Part shown: piece after piece, positions 12,340 through 23,578 of the stretch | How the letters are laid out: every line of letters begins with the position of its first letter | How positions within the stretch are numbered: position 1 is the first letter of the stretch | DNA from: Octopus sinensis | Lineage: Eukaryota | Reading direction: 5' to 3' | Length of the DNA: 64,000 nucleotides | NCBI RefSeq assembly: GCF_006345805.1 | Contig: NC_043001.1 | Span: forward strand, 52,576,001 to 52,640,000 | The notes under the pieces: generated by a model | What the model saw: the letters and a program-made list of their open reading frames with translations, nothing else | The model's database searches: none | What the model was told of the DNA's origin: nothing | Translations under genes and position numbers: made by a program

Positions 12340-13720
12340 ACTGCGTAGAAAATGTGCCTACTGCTCCATATTCCGAAAGCTAGAGCAGCTTCATACAAAT
12401 GTAATGTTCCAGCCACACTGAAAGACAACTTTCTGAATTACTCTAACACTTTTAGTCTGGGTGTCTCTGCTGTCTCTACATTATAAGAGTGGCAGAATTT
12501 CGGGAAATGTAATAATATATTGCATGTGCCATTTCAGTAATCTATTTTCCGCATGCTGTGATCTCGATAATTTCAGATGAGGAGATTAGACAGATATTCA
12601 CCAATTTCCGTGTTCTGCTGCCTCATTAGAGTCTTTATGATTGACTAATTTTCACAAAATCTGCACTGGGGCGCGTGAGCAAACTGGATAGGTTTGAGGG
12701 GCTGGTGATTCATCCTATCATCATATTCCTGTTATCTAGATTTTTTGTAGATGAAGAAACACAGAGTAAGCTTCAAATTCCTCTTCATGATTTGCAGCAC
12801 CCATCAATTAGCCATTACTGAAAAAGCAACGGAGTGCATTGCAAAAGTGTTTGCTCGTAAGATGAGTGAAACGAGGTTTAAGAAAACAACCAAATAAGAG
12901 GTCGAAGCCTGGCTAGTCACTGTGGAAAAATCAGACCGAGCTGACAAGTCTAAAGTTTGGGTTTATAAACAAGGCAGTCTCTCACGGATTCGTAGTTTCC
13001 TTTTGGTTTCTGAGAATTTTTAATATCCATGTCCATGGTCTTTGAAAGGAGGGTCAGAGGGTTTCTGCTTAAGTAGCTGGAATTTTCTCAAATCTTGGAC
13101 AGCATTGCTCACTGTGGGCAGGAATATAATTCGAAGCAATTCATCAATGGCGGAAAGTGGAATTTGTACTAGATCTCACTGGAAAGTTGCACTACCATGA
13201 GCCTTGTGACTCGAAAGTCTCTCAATCTGTTACTTTCATTAGCACAGATGAGAAACGGACAACAGTTGAGGACCTGAATGATGCAAAATTAGTATTCGGT
13301 ATGCCGGTGTATGTAATGTTGAGAACATTTGCTCGAGGATACTAGCAGCTCAAGATCGAACCTGAAGGTAAAACTTAGGAAGCGGCTGAAGTTTTTAAAA
13401 ATGTCATCCCAAATATCCAAGTAGGTGGTTTTATTAAAACGCTCGTTTCACTGGGAGAGGTGCTTTAGAAAGTGAGCGAAGAGAATAGTAGAAATTTTGA
13501 TGGCGTTTGTAAGTGAACGGGTGTCGAGTGAAGATTAATATCATTGAGTTGGAATGCTAACCTGTTCGCAAAACATTCGCTCAAGAAAGCCTGCATCATC
13601 ACAGGATCAAATGGGTAAATTTTATAAGGTCCCTACCAAGGTAGTAGCTTGTTCAAGGAGAACGGGTATCTGGAATTTGGGAGTTATATGCGGTGGCTAG
13701 TGTCACTGGCTGAAAAGCTA
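12340..13720 (+). mobile_element. Decayed RLE-type non-LTR retrotransposon (HERO/NeSL-like): RT, post-RT region and RLE remnant
   Basis: Frameshifted motifs AYCSIFRKL (AYGSIPHKL), ACAISVIYF (GCTISVILF), IRVFMID (IRAFMDD), EVEAWLVTVEKS..KVWVYKQG.LSRI, EPCDSKVSQ; matched to remembered HERO-type consensus. Confidence 0.65.
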
Positions 13721-14360
13721 GGACTCGATCAATGTTTGAAAGATGCAAAACACACATTGACCTCAGGTAATATCACCGGTGATATGTTCAAGTGTTGATA
13801 TAAGAGAAAACTATATGCATATATGTATGTGTGAATGTGTGTGCGTGTGTGCGTGTATGTGTGTGTTTGTGAGTGAGTGTGTGTGTCTTTCTGTGAGTCA
13901 GATCACCCTGGTTTACTGCTGGAAATGGTAATATGTAACTCTGTTCAAAATGTTGTATGGTCTAGCTGTGAGCGACTAAACAGGCAAAACCAGCAAGCAT
14001 ACTTGATGAGTAAAGTGGTGCTTGAACAAACGTTGGGATGAAAAACAATGAACCCAGGAGCGTCAACAGTCTTCCAATTACGTGATATGTGTATACACGA
14101 ATATTTAGTAGCCTCTGGCTTCCTGCTGGGGTACGCATTTAATCTACCAGGGTAAGTTGAAATCTAAATGGCGGTGACAAAAAGGGACACAGGTCCTACA
14201 TAACCGGGGGAAACTGAAAATACATTCATGTAGATGTGTAGTGTGATGAAAGCAATATTACTGAATGTTAGATTCGCATACGTCGATTACGACGGGAGAA
14301 TTGTGTGCGTATGAGTGTATATATATATATATATATACACATGCATACACACACACACAC

Positions 14361-14404
<44 letters not shown>

Positions 14405-14407
14405 CAT

Positions 14408-14690
14408 ATGGGCGTTTATTTCACAGGCGATCTAAACGAGTAGGTAAGTGCTGTAATGGATTACTAGGGCTCCAAGCTTATAGCCGAGACGGTATTTATG
14501 GAGCCATTGCAAATTTCCGATGCAGCGGATATATAATTGTTAAAGAAGATAACAAACGTTAGGGTAAGGCAGACATATCAAGTCATATATTTTATTATTA
14601 TCGGAAAAAAATTTCCAATAATAATAATGTATATCACTTGAGATGTTTGCCTTGCCTTAGCGTCTCTTCTCCTCAGTAACCATTATAATA
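14408..14690. repeat. Second copy of the 3875-4090 repeat, with an inverted duplication of its 3' end
   Basis: 14532-14604 and 14616-14688 are diverged reverse complements around an A/T centre. Confidence 0.8.
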
Positions 14691-16229
14691 TATATATACA
14701 CACATATACATGCATCTGCATACACATATAGATAAATGCGTATATATAAATCGAGTGCGAATTGATGAAAATTAATGATAAATATTGAATTTATAAGAAT
14801 TCGTATATTCAAGCTCAATATGTATTTAGTGATGCACAGTTTGCGAAAATTTCAAATATTATCAAGAACCAAGAGAATAATAAATATTTTCTCTCACTAC
14901 CTCAAAACTCGTACATTATCGACCACGTAAGATTTTTATTTATCTTTTAATACTTTGTAGTGAAAATGCATAGGATATACTTCACTTTTTAATCTGAGTT
15001 CATTTTAAATTTAAAAAGAAAACATTAACGAAATTCCTATTTTAATATGTGACCATATTTATTCCAGTTTTTATAGATGTTTGTCGAAATACTTTCAGGA
15101 ATAAATGACATTGTTATTGATGAACAATTCTGTGTTACGGAAATTTTGCATGTATATGAGAAAATACATGTATGGAAAATATAAAAGTATTTTGCTGACT
15201 AACACCTTATACAATCTAAGTTTAGCAGGAATTAGATGTCGAAAAATATTGAAAGGTATTTTTGCAAGAACCGCACGTTAATTCCGTAAAATAATACAAG
15301 GCTGTAGATGATAAATTAAATTAAGTAAAGCGAATAAAAACGTTAATTAAGTAACTAGTGGCAAATGTTTTATAAAGAAGTGTTAAGTTCGTATCGGACA
15401 AACATTTCTAAACGGGTGGATTCAATAAATTCGGCTCATTATTTTACTGGTATCTATTAATTTAAATTAAGAATTATGAAATACAGAAGACTTGCCTACA
15501 TTCAAAATGGTTTTATTTAGATGACGATGTAAGCAAAATTTGAAAGAAAAGTTATAGAAATAGATTAAATGAAAATGTTATAATCACACTATTTATTTCG
15601 TACAAAATGCTATAAAATACTGTATAAAATATTCTGAATATTCAATAGATACGCTTTATCGACGATTTTTAAACCTGATTTTATTATATTCGATTGTCTT
15701 TTTGTCATTCTTGGTAAACAATTTATAGAAATTAAATTATAGAAAACAGGATACGGTGTGAAGAAAATGGCTTAAAAACATTGAATCGTAATTATTAATT
15801 TTCATATTATCTTGCTCTATGATTTTATCTTATAAACATAGTAAAATAATAGCACATTTTTCCGCATTTTCGAAACAAATTTCTAACATTAATATCGACA
15901 ATCATAATTGAATGTATTTTTATATGAATAATTAATCTTGATATAATACGTATATATTGGTTTAAATATTTGGTGACGCATATCAAAAGTTAATCGATAT
16001 GAGGTATATCTCTAAATCAGCCACACACTGGCGTATGTGTTGTCCACATATACTTTTTGTATATATTTGTGTACTTGATAGGTGCACGTGCGTGAAAATA
16101 TGAGTTGTGAATCTCTTATTGAAAACAACAGCAAAAAGATATATTTAAGTGTATAATATTGATAGATCTGATGGAAATATTTATATATTTTCTTGTGAAA
16201 TTAATGCCTCAGTGTCATGTGGGGGATAC

Positions 16230-16391
16230 CTATCAGAATAACGTGATCGTGGAATATATTTTCCACGAAGATATCTATAAAATATCTAATCCAGTATGCT
16301 GAGCTGTCGTAATTGTGCTTGCCATCGCAGTCAAAGGAAAATAGCATGTAATTTCTGAGAAATACTTCGGGGTGAACCCTCCAGCAAGTCT
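16230..16391 (-). CDS. Candidate internal coding exon of an unidentified host gene (162 nt, phase 1-1)
   Basis: Acceptor ttatttatttttttgtcAG, donor AG|GTatcc, one open frame (TCWRVHPEVFLRNYMLFSFDCDGKHNYDSSAYWIRYFIDIFVENIFHDHVILI), non-repetitive. Confidence 0.45.
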
Positions 16392-17069
16392 CTGACAAAA
16401 AAATAAATAAATCAACTCGTTATGAAATTTATCAACTAGAATTTCTAACGATAGGTGACTGGCTTCATAAAAAGTTATATTTCATTTGCATTGTTATTTA
16501 TCTTTTGAAATGAGCAAGTACTCCCGTTATCACAGGTATTTCAGCCTTAATTATCTCCTTCCACAGGACGTTAGTATCAAAAGGTGCAAGCATTTACTCA
16601 TAAAACTTTTATGCATGACCATAGAATATAATTTCAAGGATATTTAAAAGCCACAGATCCCATTACCTTTTATGTCGGGATGTAGCACTATATATTGTTC
16701 ACCCATATAGTTTCCCTCTAGTTGTATGTCATCATTTGTGGTCTAAGTTGCAAGTTACTGTATTGTGTCATCTAATGTTGTTTCCAGATGAGATGCCGAT
16801 CCCTTATATACTTGTACGGACCTCTTATAACTCTTGATTATAACATGACTGATATTCCAAGTTTGCTGACCATTTAATCAACTGCTCAATTCGTGTTAGT
16901 ATAGATATACACACAGATACAAACACACGCACACACATGCATGTATTGTGTGTGTGTATATGTAGATATTAGCGAGCGGGTGTTTTTATGTATATGGAGA
17001 TATATATATAATTACATACATGTATGTGGTCGTAAATATATATCTAAACATACGTGTGCGTTTGTGTTT

Positions 17070-17262
17070 ATGTTTATCTCCCCACTAACTTTTTACAACC
17101 AGTGTCGGTTTGTCTAAGTCGTAAACATACCTGTGCGACAGAGTCTGATAGTACAGGTTTAAGTTTAAATACTGTGGTTGTTTTGTTTGACTAAGCTCTT
17201 GAAAGCTGTCTCCCAGCATGATCTCGGTGTAATGATTCAAAGGAATAAATAACAACAGATAT
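17070..17262 (+). mobile_element. Degenerate 3' half of a family A-like SINE
   Basis: acaaccagtgtcggtttgt..gactaa..cccagcatg..aatgattcaaa.gaataaa. Confidence 0.55.
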
Positions 17263-17401
17263 GCATACATATATATATGTGAGTGTGTTTGTGCGTGTGC
17301 AAGTAAATTGCATTTATCTCACCCTCTTCCTCGCACATTTGCTTAATTTCTAAAGTACTGCTATATATGTCTACGCACACACACACACACGTACACATAC
17401 A

Positions 17402-17452
<51 letters not shown>

Positions 17453-18659
17453 CAGTGTAATATATTCATAAAATCGTGTGGCTATCACAGTATGCTCCTC
17501 TACCGAACTCGGATAACAGACCTATTCATACAGTACAGTGTAGTATAATATAAACTTCCATGTAATTGAAGTCCAGGAAGTCTGATGGATAACACCATTT
17601 CATGAGGATTATATCGACCATAAAATCTCAGGAGGTATTAGAAGTGAATATAGTTGTTTAACCACTTGGCACTTTTAAGACAACGGCCTTTTCGTAGTCT
17701 GTTTAATGTAGTTATAATTTCAGTCTATATGAAATTATGGTAACATGTCTGTATTAATATGCAAGCTACTCATTATACAATACAGTTCTATATTAACAAA
17801 TCAATGCAAATAAAGTAAACGAGCTCATCAGATTACCAAAACATTATGGGTACAGCAAATCTTCAACTCGGCCGTAATCCTGTGAATGACAAGTGGTTAA
17901 ATAAATATTATTAGTTGCAATTTTTTGTACACAGCTTTGGTTCTGGTATCATTTTATGTAAAAGCTATCATACGAAAAGTTACGTATTATTTTGATCATA
18001 TCAGAGCAGCATTTCATTAAGGCTTACTCACTTTGATTCATAGACAAGCATTTTGTATTGCATCTATCGTATATAACAAAAATAAAGTATATAAGAAAAA
18101 TAAAGATGTTGATATAAAACAGATATTTTCAAGACAATAATATTACTTATGAATAAACTAGAGAAAAAATTGAGCGTTATAGAGGATAGAGAAAATGAAA
18201 CCTACATGATATAGCTCAATGTTGTAACGCTAGTTTTAGGGAATTTGACACATAGGTGACATGATATAAGAAAGGAGAATCTACGATTTGCTGACATGAC
18301 ATTCCGGGATTTGAAAATAAATAGTCGTATACCACACAAACATGTTAACGTGTATCCAAAAACTTGTTTCAAGAGGTTAAAAGACAAAACAATTAAAAAT
18401 AGCTTCACATACATGACAAAATGAAATAGCATCATCAATCTCCTTGAGTTATGTTTAATTAAATGCATATGTTAGTGTAACTCGGCCGTATATATACACA
18501 TCTATACACACACTCACACAAATCATGCACGCACAGACATGTTTCATATGCTGTGAGAAAAATTTCACTTAACCAATGTGTGAAAAATTAGCAGCTATAG
18601 GATGAATTTGATCAGATAAAATGCTTAAATAGTCTCGACTTTTAAGTCTGCCATGAAGG

Positions 18660-19500
18660 GAAACCATTAGCTCGGCGGATTTCCAAGATATAGCCTCCCC
18701 ACCCAGATCATCACAGATTCTTCTCCGTCTTTAAGAGTTTGAAGAAGGCAGTCTGGGTAACATGTTTCTTTTGGCTGTCTCCATACGCATCCTCGGCCGG
18801 TGATGGGAAATAAGGTAAAGGATGACTTGTCCGAGAAAATAACATTCTTCCACTTCTCTAGGGACCAATTCTGTAGGTTTGTACTCCACTCTAAACGCTT
18901 TGTAACGTTTGATTTTGAAAGTAATGTTTTTCTGATTGCAGCACTCCCGCGAAATCCGGATTTGTGCAACTCCCGGCGACCATTTTTTGTGGAAACTGGG
19001 TTCTTGAAGTGGTCAATAAGCTCTGCAGTAATTTTGTGAGCTGTACTTTCTAACAATTCGCGCAAGAGTCCAACAGTCCCTATCTAAAAATTTTGGTTTT
19101 CGTCCGGAGTTTTGTTTCGACGAGGAGGTTTTTCCCACTTTTTCAAAGACCGTCATTACGTTGGAGAAAGTACTTTTTTTATTCATTATATTGGCCATAA
19201 ATGGCTTACATAGAAGGGAAAAGTACTTCTTGATACACCAAACATTTCGGCTGTTTTCGTTACGTCCGCGCCTACCATACGAGCAGCAACAATTTGACCT
19301 CTTCGAAAGTCCGATAGATCTGACATTTTAATGAATTTTAATCACATTTTTCTGATGATATCTGAAAAGAAACAGGAAGTTTAGCAACACATGTTGAACA
19401 TTACTAACAATAAATAAAAAAAACATAAAAATAAACAAGCTTTGATATTTCAAAATTTTGATTGTATAATTCTAGCTGTTTCCATTATTTTGTCCAATCC

Positions 19501-19505
<5 letters not shown>
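18660..19505 (-). mobile_element. Tc1-like DNA transposon, 3'-truncated
   Basis: Terminus TA-CAGGGATTGGACAAAATAATGGAAAC; MSDLSDFRRGQIV.., SGRKPK, WKNVIFSDKSSF, VWRQPKE, ESVMIWVG. Confidence 0.9.
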
Positions 19506-19555
<50 letters not shown>

Positions 19556-19562
19556 TATATAT

Positions 19563-20168
19563 ATAAGCAAAACATTCAAACAGTAAGATTTGAAATAAAA
19601 TGTCACTACTTTTAATATCATCTGTTGATAAAGTTTTAAATCGGTGGTATCAACAGCAGTAACATAGGTGGTTCGCAGGCAAATACCATTATTTAGCTAT
19701 TACTTACAAATTTGCTCGAAGCTTAATAATGATTAATGGCATACACCTGCTAGAAATAACAGCTAAAGTTTCAATTAAAACACCGTACAGCACCAAGATT
19801 ACAGAGAAAAATAACAGGCGAGGAAACGGAAATAATATATTCAAAAGCACAAAATATAATATTATGTAGTTTAGCACATCCGCATACCCAGCTTTCGGCT
19901 TTCGGATATTTAATCCTTGAGCCTCTTCAGTGTGAAGTACCTAGTAAACATTGAAGACCGTCACGTTAAGCTCCGACAGTGCAACTGGTTTTGTTTTACG
20001 CCAAAAACAGAGCACACAGTGCAGAAAAATTATAAGTAAAACATTCAAACACTAAGATATGAAATAGGATGTCACTACTGTTAATATCATCTGCATCATT
20101 AATATCAACAGCAGTAACATAGGTAGTCCGCACGCAAATATCATTATTTAGCTATTAATTACAAATTT
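19563..20168 (-). repeat. Partial tandem (~470-bp period) noncoding repeat enclosing a hammerhead motif
   Basis: 19563-19713 and 20032-20168 are direct repeats with indels; abuts (TA)n at 19505-19562. Confidence 0.85.
19879..19936 (-). ncRNA. Type I hammerhead motif with imperfect helix III
   Basis: TTCACA-CTGAAGA-GGC..GCC-GAAA-GCTGG-GTA-TGCGGA; core and stem II intact, stem I 5/6 paired. Confidence 0.6.
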
Positions 20169-20765
20169 ACACATTAATGAATACAAAAGAATTATAAAAC
20201 AAGACATTGAAATATAATACTTACTAGAGGAAATAAAAAAATATCTTTGACCATTTGTATACAAAAGTTCCTTTTATTCACCGTCCAAAAGGTCAGAAAG
20301 TGGGCAAAAACAACAAACATGTCTGAACACACTGATACACTAGCCACGCCTCCTTTACCTTCCCACTCCGCTTCAAACATTTATATTCTTTCTTTACTCT
20401 TCTTTCACAAACTCACAAAACGCACTATTTCTACTTTCTTAACTCTTCTCTATCTTCACTAACACCCACACTCTCTCCTCCTCTCTCACCCCTACAAGTT
20501 CTTTGCTAATTTTTCCCTCTCTCTCCCTCTCTCCGTCTCTCCCCCTCTCCCCGTCTTTCTCCCCCTTTTCAAAACGTCATCAGTTTCAATTTTACATAAA
20601 AAAGGCAAAGAAAACTGACTAACAATCACTTTTTTGATAAATCCGATAAAGGAAGAAAGTGCTAAAAATGTAAATAAAAATATATTTCATCATTAGCCAT
20701 TCTGACTACCATGTTATTCTCCATATACAATATATGTACATCACTTCAAAAGCTCTTTACATATA

Positions 20766-20949
20766 TAGTGTATTTTAAGGTGTATAAAGAATCCTCGTGT
20801 ATAAGGAACCTCATAATTTTGGGGGCTTATAATATGGAAAAAATGTTTTGTAAGGTATTATAATACTATCCATATAGAAGAAACTCCCATATTTTTTCTT
20901 CTTAAGTTTTGACAAAGAAGTGGTTCCTTATACACGTTAAAATACGGTA
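20766..20949. mobile_element. pogo/Tigger-type MITE
   Basis: Imperfect TIRs TAgtGTATTTTAAgGTGTATAA / TTATACACGTTAAAATACGGTA with terminal TA. Confidence 0.6.
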
Positions 20950-21087
20950 TATATATATATATATATATATAAATGGCGGTGCCCCAGCATGGCCACACCT
21001 CATAAGCTGAAACTGGAATCAATCAATCAATCATATATATATATCGTCTCCAGCTGGCTATCAACGCATTATCTGCGTCCTTATATG

Positions 21088-21129
21088 TGTGTACCAATGG
21101 TTTCTTGGTTATTTCTCTTCATCAGCACA
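21088..21129 (-). ncRNA. Compact type I hammerhead motif with broken stem II
   Basis: TGTG-CTGATGA-A-GAG-AAATAA-CCA-A-GAAAC-CATTG-GTA-CACA; two substitutions would restore GGG/CCC. Confidence 0.55.
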
Positions 21130-21224
21130 GAATAACAGTATTACTTAATTTTTTTCTTGTTCAAAGATTTAAAAATAATAATTATATATATATACATATA
21201 CATACAGACGATAATATATATTAT

Positions 21225-21268
<44 letters not shown>

Positions 21269-21289
21269 TTTATACAAAACTGGCAATTC

Positions 21290-21600
21290 CTGGGCTACGA
21301 TGAGAATCCCAGTTGACCCGATCAACGGAATAGCCTGCTGGTAAAATTAATATGCAAGTCGCTGATCATTCCACAGACACATGTACCCTTGACGTAGTTC
21401 TCAGTTAGATTCAGCATGACACAACGTGTGACAGGACTGGCCCTTCTCAATACAGGTACTACCCATTTTTGCCAACTGATTGGACTGGAGCAACGTGAAA
21501 AAAAGTATCTTTTTCAATGACATAACGTGTCGCCGGGATTTGAACTCACGACCTCACGAATATAAGTAGAATACCCTAACCACTAAGTCTCCCAGCTTCA
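21290..21600 (-). mobile_element. tRNA-derived SINE (family D)
   Basis: On minus: cttagtggttaggg (A-box-like), gagttcaaatccc (B-box), then a ..aaagatac..ttgctccagtcc body. Confidence 0.7.
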
Positions 21601-22089
21601 CACACACACACACACATATATATGAACACATACATGTAATACACACATACATGTGGTATGTATTTTACGTAACCATAAGTTATATACGTGCATGTGTCTG
21701 TGTATAACAGATGAGCTGAGTAAAAAGAATTTTAAAGACCTATCGTATCAGTGATATTTCAAATAATCATTTGTACAGTTGTTTAGAAACTCCAACGTAA
21801 TATTGCAATGCCACATAAGATTATATCAGAATCGAGTAGTATATAATTATCGCAATGTCAAGAATATTTTAAAATGGTATTTAAAAAAATACATTCTGTC
21901 ACATAATGCATGTGGATATTACATAAATCCACAACATTTGTTAAAGAAACCATCTTATATTCAACGTTATGCCTTCGGTAAACCTCAGTTTGGATACTCA
22001 GCCTTTCTTGAAATTCTTACACTTGATTTCATATATAAAGATATTGATTACTACACTCGTCTACTAAATAGAAGCTTTAGAAAATAGTT

Positions 22090-23150
22090 TCGGTAACTGT
22101 ATGTTACTTTATATGTTTTTGTGGTGCAAATCCCAAATATAGATATCGCTCTTTCTCATTACTTAAGGCTTTTCAATATCTGATGACAAGATATAACTTT
22201 ATTTGTCGGTAAATCCACATTGTACGGTGAAATGAAATAAATATGAATTTGGTACATTATTTATCAACATATAATGGCAGAAATGCAACAGAAAGTTGAA
22301 AAATAGATGTTTACATATGTTCTATTAAAGTTTGTTGGTTAGGTACCTCAAATCATTACTTTTTCACTTGGAAACACTTCTACTTGCAAGCATTTGATGG
22401 ATATTCACGATATAGCATCAGTAATTGTCGGGCATCATATTGACATTGTCAGATTTAAAACTTCTTTTTGATGAGTCAGTAGAGTCTCCATTTATTAGGA
22501 TTCTGAATTATGCCAAACGTCCCTATTAGTATTATTTTCGATGGATCTATACAATAAGCCACTTGATTTCCTTGAGTGAACTAAGGAACAAATTCTGTTT
22601 CTCGGTTATTTTACGATTAGAATGATGTGTGAGGAGCTAAAGGATCTTGGATTTAATTTTGCAACATAAAAACACTGCTGATTCTTTTGTAAACCCTAAG
22701 TCCCTCACTAAATTATTTAATTTACACAGGTTGTGTAGTTGAGGTTCTTCATCTTTATTGTTATTTCTACCTCCTGACATAGAACCCAAGCGTATGTCTT
22801 CAAGGTCTCCTAATGGTGACGGGACTGGAGCGTCTGCTCTATAGGTAATACGTCCCAATGCGGATTGGGAAATTTGGATAAACAATGTTTTTTCCACTCA
22901 TCGATTTTACATGAATAAAAGTAGCAGTCATCACCGTAATTTTTGGCACTCTGAATATCATTGGAACTGCAAACCGAAATAACTTCATTATATATTTTAT
23001 TCAGACCTTGTGTGAAAATTGCTTCCCATCATTGTTTCCGAATTTCACACTAAAATAAACACAGGAAGAGTTTTTTCCCTGACGTTTCTTAGTCGCATAT
23101 GTAACAATAAATATTCGGGCTTGATGCACATCTTCTAGAAGACAACCTTA
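22090..23150 (-). mobile_element. Internally deleted Chapaev3-like (CMC) DNA transposon
   Basis: Frameshifted motifs PNIYCYICD, YFSVKFGNNDGKQFSHKV, FAVPMIFR..GDDCYF, LNNLVRDLGFTKESA, WRL..DSSKRSFK; family name from recall of these motifs. Confidence 0.65.
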
Positions 23151-23276
23151 CTTTAAATGATCTGGAAGCCTCTAAAGAAAAAAGATTTTTTTAACAGCTT
23201 ATATTTGGTTTATCATCTAAATATATGCATTACATCATTATAGAAGCATTAAAATGTCATATTATTTTTATGCGCC

Positions 23277-23578
23277 CTTTTCAAGCCTAGCCAGGCTCAT
23301 GGGCCCGGTTTCCCGGTTTCTGTGGCGTATGTGTTCCCCCCACCCAGCTGGACGGAACGCCAGTCCATTACAGCATTACCCAAGAAATAGGAAGAAAGAG
23401 TGAGAGAAAGTTGGGGCGAAAGAGTACAACATAGGTCGCCACAATCTCCTGTCGAAGCTTTGTGGAGTTTTAGGTGTTTTCGCTCAATGAACACACACAG
23501 CGCCTGGTCTAGGAATCGAAACCGCGATCCTCCGACCACGAGCCCGCTAAAATAACCACTGGACCATTGCGCCTCCAC
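23277..23578 (-). mobile_element. tRNA-derived SINE with V-domain-like core (family E)
   Basis: Head ggcgcaatggtccagtggtt..ggtttcgattcc; core gtaatggactggcgttccgtccagctggg. Confidence 0.75.

Noticed and set aside
22161-22215. Isolated CTGATGA followed by a small hairpin; similar lone cores at ~2320 (minus), ~7590 (minus), ~8058 (minus), ~19350, ~23908, ~37637, ~38728, ~44130, ~45020 (minus)
   Set aside because: No correctly placed stem II plus GAAA plus NUH; 7-mers are expected by chance in AT-rich DNA
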